Assembly (NCBI GenBank): GCA_002269645.1
Contig: NIVC01001951.1
Coordinates: 1-33,779 of the forward strand
DNA from: Macrostomum lignano
Lineage: Eukaryota
DNA length: 33,779 bases
Reading direction: 5' to 3'
A program made the translations under genes and the position numbers. The notes below the pieces were generated by a model that was not told the DNA's origin, ran no database searches, and saw only the letters and a program-made list of their open reading frames with translations. Shown piece by piece: positions 21,001 through 29,843 of the stretch; position 1 is the first letter of the stretch, and each line of letters starts with the position of its first letter.

Positions 21001-22411
21001 TTTGGGCCTTAGGCAAGGTCCTAACCTTGAGGTCAAGGCGGATCACAATCGGCGTGTGATCACTGCCGAGGTCATCGGAGACTTGCCAGGTGCATTTGCT
21101 AGCCAGCTTTGAGGAGGCGAAGGACACATCCGGTGAGCTTTCGCCACCTGTGGCTTTATTGACTCTGGTGGGCGAGCCGTCGTTAAGGATTTCCAGTTGC
21201 GTGTCGATGGACCAGTCCAGGAGCGTGGAGCCTCGTTCGTCCTGGGGCTGTATAGGGTCCCAGGCCGGAGAGTGGCTGTTGAAGTCTCCTAGGATGATGC
21301 CCTGAGACGGAGTGCCCAGGTGATTCCAGTCCGGAAGCTGTCGATCCTCGACGCAGGTGCGGACAGGTGGAGCATAGACGTTGGTGATGGTAATCCAGTT
21401 AGCGGTAGATATCTGGATGTCGACCGTCTGGATTTCCATGTCCGCTGTGGCCGTGGGTTGCGGGGACGAGCGGAAGGCCAGCTTGTCTCTGATGAGAAGC
21501 AGCAGACCTCCACCGCTGCCGTCGCCGCGGTCTTTGCGCACGGCGATGTACCCGTTGATCTTTGGCAGCTGCGTGCGGTTGGAGAGCTTCGTTTCTTGGA
21601 CAGCTGCAATGTCGATATCGCTGTCGGAGAGGCGTTCGGCCAGCTCGGGCAGTTTGGAGGCGATTCCGTCGGCGTTCCACTGGAGAAGACGGAGGCTGTC
21701 GGCAAATTTAGTGTCGCGGGCGACCTTGTCCTGCAGGGGGACGCGCGACGTAGCTGCCGAAGGGGCGGGAGCTCCTTGGGTGCGCGCTGTGCAAACTGGG
21801 CAGTCCCAAGGGCTGCGAGCCGCGGCATCCGCGGCGTTGCGATTAAGGCCGGTGCAGCACTTGTGGTAAGCGGCGCTGCAGGAGTTGCACTTGACAAACG
21901 CGACGCCGCGGCGAATGGCGGTCGAGCATTTAGCACAGTAGCGGCGCTGGGCGTCGCTTGGATCGTTCAGATCTCTGTCGGTAGTGGGATCAGCTTGTCT
22001 GCGGGTAAGAGCAGGGCGGCGGAAGATGGAGTGTGCGCCTGGAAGTTGGACCGCCTGCTGCCGATGCAGAGGGCAGAGCCAGCTGGGGGCGCCACGATAC
22101 CGCGAGATGTGGCTGCAGTTGCTGGAGCGGTGGCAGGCCAGAGCGCAACCTTTGGCAGCGCAAGTGAGCGGAGTAGTGCCAGTGCGGATGGGCCCTGAGC
22201 AGCTGTGACAGCGCGTTGGCTGAGACATGCGGGGCTCGGGTGCCGGGAGGTCACGCAGGTGCGCAGCGGATGCCGAGTCGAATTCAAGGGGGCGGTGCAC
22301 AGAGCAGCGCCACGGAGATCGGACAATCTCGGCGCGGTGCATACCGCTGCATTTCTTCTGACAGTGACAGCGCTCGGAACATTCTGGGACCTCACATGGC
22401 AGGCTGTGCAT
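18023..22411 (-). CDS. Polyprotein: PHD-like fingers, APE, RT (YADD), RNase H and C-terminal Zn knuckle
   Basis: 1462-aa uninterrupted ORF with LQWNADG, VQETK, GDFN, SDH, GLPQGS, YADD, YCDGS, CSDSQS, WVPGH, GNELAD and CHRC...HWLDC. The frame is also open upstream to 22690, without ATG. Confidence 0.95.
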   Translation of the reverse strand: MHSLPCEVPECSERCHCQKKCSGMHRAEIVRSPWRCSVHRPLEFDSASAAHLRDLPAPEPRMSQPTRCHSCSGPIRTGTTPLTCAAKGCALACHRSSNCSHISRYRGAPSWLCPLHRQQAVQLPGAHSIFRRPALTRRQADPTTDRDLNDPSDAQRRYCAKCSTAIRRGVAFVKCNSCSAAYHKCCTGLNRNAADAAARSPWDCPVCTARTQGAPAPSAATSRVPLQDKVARDTKFADSLRLLQWNADGIASKLPELAERLSDSDIDIAAVQETKLSNRTQLPKINGYIAVRKDRGDGSGGGLLLLIRDKLAFRSSPQPTATADMEIQTVDIQISTANWITITNVYAPPVRTCVEDRQLPDWNHLGTPSQGIILGDFNSHSPAWDPIQPQDERGSTLLDWSIDTQLEILNDGSPTRVNKATGGESSPDVSFASSKLASKCTWQVSDDLGSDHTPIVIRLDLKVRTLPKAQSRLIWRKQGVDWNAFQTVVEDKFKALHKEHLTFDARAKRFNDIVMQAANLCIGKVRTSHRPRPWLTPELKAAIKLRNRLRRSVGENREDWLSACANVHKIARATKEAAWRDTITDLEKEPNSNKAWKFIRSLNGTPDSNCPNEALQVGNKVLTDPRDKANAFAKQYASVSRYHISHSDRATIREAKAILRLPLPLPGSTHDGYAAITEQELDSAIQHQRANGAAGADEVTPRFIKALGPLARAELLSLFNWSFQHAAVAQSWRTAIIIPLLKAGKSARDIAAFRPISLTSCIVKLLERILVTRLHHLAERHGWISSNQAGFRANYSCEDQLLRVTQDISDGMNLKPSERTIIALLDFCKAFDKVWRERLITVMARKRVPLVFIKWTAAFLRHRIARVQLHGARSSPVIMRQGLPQGSVIAPFLFLIFIDTVNDVVNPPAEISMYADDIALRARHRNKLEAQRAVQRALDNVARWSNEHKMVLNPDKSEAAFFSTDTSEAAWSPAISIEGRNLRHNPTPRLLGLTLDRTLSFRSHLEHVCNRTTSRCRLLACLASKEWGWSKKLLLRIYRAMQLSIINFAAPAWHPWLSESAFQQLERAQNAALRIVTGQHRTTPVEALRLEAGICSVRTGSNVICLTAFERAQRLPDSHPCRIAATGNTAHRLRRNSWRNHVTDLLPLIASSVTPRAMICTARPPPWDPFSTDVRVDMALPEPGPARTATAIDTIRHLPGLITIYCDGSASGGTTNGGASAIVTTGDPAHPIILATLQQRGAPSTSSFEEELRAASLAIGWINQAALTAATNICSDSQSMLRALASGNPRIRSALPTASAEITWQWVPGHQNIPGNELADQAAKEATTLVSPASQISIHSAKNVIRRSVLDPPIRHERTRHAYRLLNRQLEEDSITNRADAVLLARLRSGHCTLFNAYRSIVDPAVDPACHRCGHPCDDLEHWLDCPALAGTRLRLLGGPTTDISSISADPLGLIALARHCP

Positions 22412-22447
22412 GCCCGTGCGGATTGGGCCGTTGCATGAGTTGCAGGC

Positions 22448-22471
22448 TGGGCCGGGATTAGTTTCGATGTC
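22448..22471 (-). other. 2A ribosome-skipping motif DIETNPGP
   Basis: In frame with the polyprotein: RLVLFALALTTLAGDIETNPG|P. Exact match to the D[VI]ExNPGP consensus. Confidence 0.85.
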
Positions 22472-22600
22472 CCCGGCGAGCGTAGTGAGGGCGAGCGCAA
22501 AGAGGACGAGGCGGGACAGATAGACAGCAGCAAAACAACCGGTCTCCCTGCCAGCCGTGCCGAAGGCACGCGAGGGCAGATGGGTTGAAGACCACGACTT

Positions 22601-22674
22601 AGGAGCTTTGGTGTTAAAACCGGGTCGCCGCGATGAGGCAGCTCCTTTGACCGCACCAGAAGGTGCACCAACCC
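22601..22674 (-). ncRNA. HDV-like self-cleaving ribozyme (predicted)
   Basis: P1 GGGTT/GACCC, J1/2 hairpin GCACC-TTCT-GGTGC, P2 AGGAGCT/AGCTCCT, P3 GCC/GGC, L3 TCATCGC, GG, short P4 and J4/2 ACCAA. Confidence 0.65.
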
Positions 22675-23227
22675 TATGGGGCTGATCGGGCTGCTGCTGC
22701 TGCTGCCGACACCGTCGCTATTGTTGGTGCAGCTCGCTCAGTCGCTGCTGCTGCGAAAACTGGTGGCAGAGTTGCTGCTTGCACTGCTGCCGCGGCTTCC
22801 CTGGCGCCGGCTTGGTAGGCTGCAGCACGCCGGGCCACCTGGCTGTGCTTTTCAGCAGCTACAGGGCAGTTCCTGTAATTGGCTCGATGGGCCTCGCCGC
22901 AGTTCGCACATTTGGCCGCGTCCGGATTCGGGCACTCCTGCCAGCGGTGCGCCGCCGCACAGATGTTGCAGCGCGGAGCAGCACGACACCGATTCGCGCT
23001 GTGGCCGAAACGCTGGCACTTATGGCACTGGAGCGCCCTAGCCGGAGCAGCCGTCTTGCTTGGTTCGCAGGCATACCTCGTGAACTGCGATACGATACCT
23101 GTCGCCAGGCAAGCATCCGCAGTGGCTTTATTTGGTAGGAATAGGCGGACGAGGTGAGTCGGCTCGTTGCGCGCTCGTGACGTGATGCGGCTCGCGGAGA
23201 CAATCTTTAAGCCCACGTCCTCCCGCA

Positions 23228-24410
23228 TGTGATAAAAAGCAATTAGATAAATAGCATGCATGGTAAGCAATTATTTAGACCCTAGACAAACCTATTTTTG
23301 GAGCGTCAGAGATTTTAAAGCGATTGACCCTAATTGCCTATCGCCGGTCGGTTAGTCCTACCAGTCTTTCTCCAATAGCCGCAGGTACAGTACAAGATAA
23401 GAAAGAACACGAGGGAACACGAACCGAATAGATTTAGAGAGAGAGTGATAGTCCTAATGAGAATAGCTAAATCTTATTGACGGTTTAATTTGATCAGTAA
23501 AGTTACAAGATTCTCAATACGATTCACGGCGCAGATAAATTGACACTGATGATAACGAGTAATAACGATACAACGATTAGCGATAATAAATTAATAACGC
23601 AACTGGCAAGCGGATCTCAGCTGAAGAAGAAAAAGAAGAAGAACCGAGCACGACCACAGAGAAGACTCCTAACCCCAGGCCTAAACCAGAACCTACACTC
23701 AACGAGAGCCCTGCCGAATTGACCGTTCAACGGAGCACTGACTAAATTCTATCAGTCTGCCCTTCAGTGTGACACTGAGGCCCTCAGGATCGAGGCCACG
23801 TACTTGGTCAAATCCGACAGTCTCTATCTAACCGCGCTTGATAGCGACGACTTCAGACAAATTTGCCGTAGACGTTACGCTACAAGGCTGAAGCGGTCGG
23901 GCGGGGACAAAAATATGCACCGGGGTGATGAACTCAAGCGCCTCAAAGCGCGAACCAAACAATCGGACAAGTGGCCGAGAAGCTGGACAAAACCAAGAAC
24001 CGGGGAAAGAAGGCAAGATCCGATTGCCAAACACACTTTCATATATGGTCAGAGTCAAACCCTCAAACCCCCCCCCCTCAAGCCGGGTGGTGGTCGTCTG
24101 GCCGGCCGCCCGCTAAGCTGATTTGCACTGTGCCCGCGGCGCCGGGTAGAATTGGAACTTGCCGCGTGCCAGGGTCCAGGCCAGTTCTGATTGGCTGGCC
24201 GCGCAAAGCTTGGGTTCGCAGAAAAAAAACTCAACCCTCCGCTGAGTCACAGAATTAGCGTCTGACTTCTAACCTGTTTACAAATTTAGATTTTAACTAA
24301 CAAGAAAAAAAGTACATTAGACCGCGTGACTAAATTGAAGCAAAATAATAATTCAATAACAATAATGCAAAACCTAACTAATAGAATACGCAAAAGATGC
24401 TCACACTACA
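23228..24410. mobile_element. Solo LTR B (1183 bp)
   Basis: TGT...ACA termini and 4-bp TSD CGCA at 23224-23227 and 24411-24414. Removal restores HLREDV. Confidence 0.85.
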
Positions 24411-25140
24411 CGCAGGTGCTGAATGAACGCCGGCATCTCAATCTCGACCGGCACTCCCCGGACTACTACAGAGTGCACCGATTGGACTGGAGGTGGCCGG
24501 TGAGCTGGTCTGTTATACGTTAGTCTGGCATTAGGCAGTCTACGGTTAACTGGTACACCATTTATGTTCGGCTCCCTCAGCGGCCCTCGGAGGAAGATCT
24601 GATGATCTCTGGGCGTCGCTAGGAAGACAAGGTAGCCGTTCTTAGAATTGACTGGCCTGGTGAGCGTAGCTCGGGCGTTGCCCTGGAAGTTTGAAGCCAA
24701 CCATTTGAGGAAGCTAATTTGGCTGAAGCTACTGTCGCCGGTGTCGCCGTCGAAGGTAAAGACGACTGGCACTAAATTCTGCCGGCCTGGTGCAGCATTA
24801 TTATTATTATTCCTAATTTGATTATTAATATTCTGACCCGCAGCTGACGCATATGAGCGCCCTTGGATGTTAGACCGTTGAGCTGCGCCACCGCGCCCCG
24901 CACCAACGTTGCCGCTACGGTCTTGGACTTGGTTGCGGGAACTGCCAAGCGCAGCAGGGCCGGGCGCTGGCCGCCCCACTGCTGCCTGGTTGCCCGGTCG
25001 CCACGCTCGTCCGGGGGCCCGACCTAGCAGAATTGGAGTCCGCCCGCCTCTGCCAGGCCCATCCCCGACGGGTGCTGCTGCCGCTGTCGCGCCTCCGTGC
25101 CCCGGTGTGCCGACGCCAGGTGGATGGGTTACCCTAAAGG

Positions 25141-25409
25141 TGAGTGAGATGCGTACACCCTCCTGGACGCCGACTCCTGGGACACTGTGCTTACATCTTC
25201 GCTGGCAGGCTTGTTAGTCCTTGTTATTCGCAAGACGCGCAAGCAGGATGCTTTTCCAAGAGCCCAACTGCTCTGTAGTTCTAAAGGATCCCGAAAACTA
25301 GCGATTTACCCCTGCTCTAATTATTTCCCCGGGTTAAAACTACTGATTGTAGGCAAAAAAGCGTATTTCCCCGCAACTAGTCCCGTTCCTAAAATAATGC
25401 CCTACTACA
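25141..25409 (-). mobile_element. Solo LTR A (269 bp), related to the Gypsy 3' LTR
   Basis: TG...CA termini and 4-bp TSD AAGG at 25137-25140 and 25410-25413. Homologous to 2373-2532, and removal restores the frame. Confidence 0.85.
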
Positions 25410-25555
25410 AAGGCAATTGCTATGCTTACTCGTTTCAATCGTTTTACACCAGTCGGGCACATCCTACCGACACCCCGGCACCGGTAGCACCAGATGGTGG
25501 CCAACCGGCCGGTATTCAAGTCGAAATCGCCCCCGCGGCGGTTGCTGCCTTCGCC

Positions 25556-26050
25556 ACCGTAGCCTCCGCCGTAGTTTCTCTCTCCGCCGTAGCCTCTCTC
25601 TCCGCCGTAGCCTCTCTCCGACGTAACCTCTCTCTGACCTAGCATCTCTCTCCGACCTAGCCTCTCTCTCCGACGTAGCTTCTCTCTCCGCCGTAGCCTC
25701 TCTCTCCGCCGTAGCCTCTCTCCGACGTAACCTTTCTCCGACCTAGCATCTCTCTCCGACGTAGCCTCTCTCCCCGACGTAGCTTCTCTCTCCGCCGTAG
25801 CCTCTCTCTCCGACGTAGCTTCTCTCTCCGCCGTAGCCTCTCTCTCCGACGTAGCCTCTCTCTCCGCCGTAGCCTCTCTCCGACGTAACCTCTCTCCGAC
25901 CTAGCATCTCTCTCCGACGTAGCCTCTCTCTCCGACGTAGCTTCTCTCTCCGCCGTAGCCTCTCTCTCCGACGTAGCCTCTCTCTCCGACGTAGCCTCTC
26001 TTTCCGACGTAGCCTCTTTCTCCGACGAAGCTTCTCTCTCCGACGTAGCC
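25556..26050 (-). repeat. 16/18-bp minisatellite, consensus GGAGAGAGAGGCTACG(GC/TC), read as (GERGY[G/V])n
   Basis: About 28 imperfect units; variation in GA-dinucleotide number shifts the frame. Confidence 0.9.
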
Positions 26051-26290
26051 GAGGTAAAAATTAAAAGTTGACATTGCGCTGTAAGTTTCATAAAGGATGC
26101 GTATAAACAGAGATTCATTAAAATGTTCAACGTTGTATATACAAATGTGACTTAATACATATAAGGTAACGGATGTTATATCTCAGTTGCAAACCTTACT
26201 GCATGCACTACCTTGAACATATAGTCCCACAATTTATAATAATTAAAAGAATATATAAAAGAAGATATATATTCTTCTATATATATAAAT

Positions 26291-26473
26291 CTATAAAATT
26301 AATATATATAAAAGAAAAGAAAGAAGAAGAAAGAAAAGAGTAACAGTAATAGCCCTACGAAAGTGTATATATAGTCGAATAGTGGAATAATAGTAAATCA
26401 AGTCATTAATTACATTTGCGTCGTTCCAATTCTGTTGCCAATATTTAGAGACAAGAGTTTTAACATGTTGCAC
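26291..26473 (-). pseudogene. Possible LINE ORF2 C-terminal remnant followed by an AT-rich 3' UTR
   Basis: KTLVSKYWQQNWND resembles the WQxxW motif of I/Jockey-type ORF2 C-termini. This is weak evidence. Confidence 0.3.
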
Positions 26474-27053
26474 AGAACATAAAAACTATTCTAGACTCTT
26501 GACTTCTAAAGAACGGCGTAACACCCGCAGGCTCGTGAAGCCATTGGATACGACTTTGCAGTAAACAGATAATCACTTTGCCTGCCTAGATAAGTCAAGG
26601 CAACTTTGCGTGATAAGTCCATAATTAGACAGTTGTAATCATAAATCAAAGATTTCTTCTTAAAGCAGCTATGTTAAATATTTCTCAAAAAAGACTGTCC
26701 AAAACTCAAAACGTCGTGCATCGAATAGGCAGTAAAAGATAATACTTTACCTCAAACATTTCAATAATATAATAGCTTTTTTGTTTGAAAGGCAAACTAT
26801 TCTTTCTTTAAGCAATATCAAAGCAAGGCGGTAAAATGTATGTTCTTACCGTCGTACTTAGAGTAGTATCATTGCTGATTGCTGATGGTTGCCTTTCGTG
26901 TAATCTACATCCGACAAGAAGTGAGCAGGGTATTTATGTCCCTCATTTTGTTCACTTAAAGGAAAATAAGTTTCGAGCTTGTGAAAGCGTAAGTGCTTTC
27001 AATGAATGCTTTAGATGTATTGCTTTTAAAATGCCTACAAAAAGAGCATTTAA

Positions 27054-28280
27054 CTAAAAATAAGAAAAGTAACCAACCAACAAGCAGATTAAACAGAAAA
27101 CGTGTGACCTGACCTGAAGAGTCCTGTAACCTGAAGCGTATGGCAGGCCGTTGCCATAGGTATACCCCGGCCCAAACCATACTACCTTACGCTTTTCTGG
27201 GCGCCCGTTGGTTTGGTGGTGAAACGCAACAGGGTGAATCTCATTCATGATGATTTTCTTGAGATCGTTTTCAGTTTTAGCTAGGGCTTGAGGTAAGTAC
27301 CTGAGCTGGCCAAAGTTGTGACCCAGATTGATTACTTGTTTAGCAGTCATGTCTACTTGAACCGTTTTAGTACCAGTGCCAGAGCCTGACCCCGGGGAAA
27401 CCTCACCTGGAGTCGAGCAGTCGTCGGATGGCAGAGGATGGTTTGCAGCTATGGACAACCTGGATTTGGCCGAGGCGACCGTTGATGCTGTTTCTGACGC
27501 AGTCGTAGTCGTCTTTAGGCTCGCAAATGTTTGCTGAGACTCTGAGGCTCTTTGGTGAGTGCTGGTGGGAATCCGGGAGCTCATTGAGGCCCTGACATTA
27601 GGCTTTTTGGAGCTAGGTTAGGGGATTCGGTATCAGCAGCAGAGCGCTTTGGGTTTTCTCGGTCAACTTCCATGGGACTACTTAGTAAAACTATAAGATA
27701 AATTAAAACTATAAAAAAAACTATTGCAAAATGCTAGATGGGCTACTATGAGTAGGCGGAAGTCACCAAACTACAAAAATGTCCCTACAGAGCCTGACGG
27801 ATAGCAGACTATAGCCGGGAGCCTGGCGCTAGGAAGCCGCTGTCTCGCGCGAGCCTGACGACGCCGCAGACCGCCGCCGCCACCGCCCCGACGTTGGACC
27901 AGCACGAAGTAGGCAATACGCCTAAGTAGGCAATAAGCGCACAGGCAACTAAGGAGAGAAAGGAGAGAACACGGCAGGTGGATGGCGCGCTATACCGTAG
28001 GGGAAGGAGGAAGGAGGAAAATAACAGCCGAAACACAGACGACGGAGGCGCAAAACAAAGAAGAGAGATGCAACAATCAAAAGGTGCGAGCCAAAGAACA
28101 GAGAAAAAGCAAAAACAGTAGTAAGATGGCCCAGAGCCCGTCGCAGATGGGTTAGGAAAAATGACACAGTACATTAGAGAAGCAAAGAGGAAGGCAAAAT
28201 GAAAAAGGAAGAAAGAGGACAGACACCAAGCACGCGCCACACCTATGGCAGCATAGACCAGAAGCAGCATAGGCAGAAGA
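27054..28280 (-). mobile_element. LINE E 5' end: 5' UTR plus ORF1 N-terminus, homologous to LINE A
   Basis: Shares the UTR motif AGCGCCAGGCTCCC..TATAG and an AT-rich leader with LINE A. ATG at 27673 gives MEVDRENPKRSAADTESP versus MEVEANSKRSASRDTDSP in LINE A. Confidence 0.6.
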
Positions 28281-28282
28281 CC

Positions 28283-29843
28283 AATCATTGACGAAAGGGA
28301 CCTCGGCGGCGTCAGCAAGGCCTCTCTCTGCCATCAATTGTGGTGTTCAGATTTTCCTTCCAATGTAAATTAATTTCATCCATATCATTAAAAGCAATTA
28401 AAGATTTGTCTAATTTGAATTTGTTAGCAAACTTAGGTTGATTCGCGATCTGGCTGATTAGAGAGTCGCTACAATTGATAAGGTTGTTCAATTTCCTGTT
28501 CTTAAAATTAGGTATATCAGTAGTGAAAGAGTTAATGCCCAGACCTCTGTCACGAACCCTTGCATGAATTATAGGAGACGGAGTATTTTTGGGAAGTCTG
28601 AGCACATTGATTACCCACTTTCTGACCGTGGTATCCGCTTCTAGCAGAGTTTTTTATGTATTCTACCGTTAGTAAGAATGTAATTAACCTTAGGAATAAT
28701 ATTGGTAGAGAGGAAAAGTACATACGTTGCTGAGGCCTAAGAGGGGCCTCTTTAAGTTTAGCAAGCATGTCTTTCAGTGCTTTTAATCCCGATTGCACTT
28801 GCCCTTTGGCATTAAGTTCGATACCCAAATAACTATTTTGAAGGCCGATACTAGGTAGTTCCTGATTGTAAATTTTCAATTTAATATTTTGATTATTAAG
28901 CCATCTTTTATTCTTCCCGTCCCTCACGATCGAGATGGTAGCACTCTTGTTGATGCTAACCTCCAGCCCCGTTGAAGCAAGGGCCTCTTCAAAAGTTTTC
29001 AGACGGTTTTTAAGACCGGCTTCAGTCGACGCGCAGATAGCCATATCGTCCGCAAAGGCTGCGGAGTTAACTCTCTCTTGAGCAATTGGAAAGGCTATGT
29101 GCGGGTCGAGTGAGCCTAGGACTGCGTCGATAACAAAATTAAATAGAATCGGTGATAAAGGGTCACCTTGTTTGACACCCCTACCTAGCTTGGTAGTGGC
29201 CCCAAAAATGTCAGTGTTTGTATATAGATTGTCTAGATAGTTAATTAATAGTTCCGGAATACCAACTCTTCTTGCTGCTCTAAATTAAGTAGGGTGGTTG
29301 ACCGAATCAAAAGCTTTTTTAGGTCTAGGAAGGCCAAGAACAGAGGTGAATTACCAGCTCTGGCCTCCGCTAGAAGGTTTTCGATTAAAAAATGATTCGC
29401 GCCAAGCCCATCTAAACCTAGTTTAAAGCCTCTCTGAACACTAATAATACTGTCCTCTGCAGCTAGTCGCCGTGCTAAGATCTTATGGTACGTTCTACAT
29501 GTAAGGTTTCCTATAGATAACGGTCTGAATTCAGCTGGTGACGCTGGCTTGTCAACTTTCGGAATAAGAATTGTTCTAGAGTGTTTAAAAGAGGCTGTGT
29601 TATACCACATGCCATAATGCCATTAAATAAATAAGTTAAGACGTTGATGTCTACTTGCTTAATAGTTTCAACCCCAAGACCATCTGGACCCGCAGCTGTC
29701 TTGCCAAAGTCCTTAACAGCCCAATGTACTTCCTCCAGCTTAATCGGATTAGCTAAACTAGTAATAGGATCGCAGATAGGTTTAGTAGGCCTCTCATCTG
29801 TACCCGAAAGATTCGAGATTAAATCACCCCAGAATTTAGTATA
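28283..29843 (-). pseudogene. R2-like (RLE-type) non-LTR RT fragment
   Basis: AAGPDG, TILIPK..PAEFRPLSI, QRGF, GVKQGDPLSP, AFADD, YLGI, PLRPQQR, RLPKNTP..IHA...GLG and DG/RGL..VP.VNDW. Frameshifted; no RLE domain and no rDNA flank seen. Confidence 0.8.

Larger units (their letters stand above)
17982..22690 (-). mobile_element. Ingi-clade-like single-ORF LINE, apparently intact and young
   Basis: 15-bp TSD (CTG)5 at 17967-17981 and 22691-22705; (CAA)n 3' tail; very short 3' UTR; 2A-PHD-APE-RT-RNaseH architecture. Confidence 0.85.
14300..25550 (-). mobile_element. LINE C (Jockey/I-group-like, related to LINE A), decayed, host of three insertions
   Basis: ORF1 is reconstituted after removing the inserts; ORF2 carries APE-RT. 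Both boundaries are approximate. Confidence 0.8.
17484..25645 (-). pseudogene. LINE C ORF1 in four pieces (25410-25645, 24411-25140, 22691-23227, 17484-17981)
   Basis: Junctions AIAF|RVTHP, QHL|REDVG and AAAAA|APP rejoin in frame after insert removal. Contains PVVF, VVVRGVP and three CCHC knuckles; the C-terminal VEVLTIF resembles LINE A TEVLTTF. The 5'-most piece is uncertain. Confidence 0.75.

Noticed and set aside
18049-22671. Many alternative-frame and plus-strand ORFs (for example 21320-22198, 3362-3826 and 9481-10092)
   Set aside because: These are shadow ORFs of GC-rich coding or repeat DNA, with no recognisable motifs.
24166-24180. GTGCCAGGGTCCAG resembling the trypanosome L1Tc Pr77 signature as recalled
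   Set aside because: It is a short isolated match inside a solo LTR, and no ribozyme fold could be built around it.
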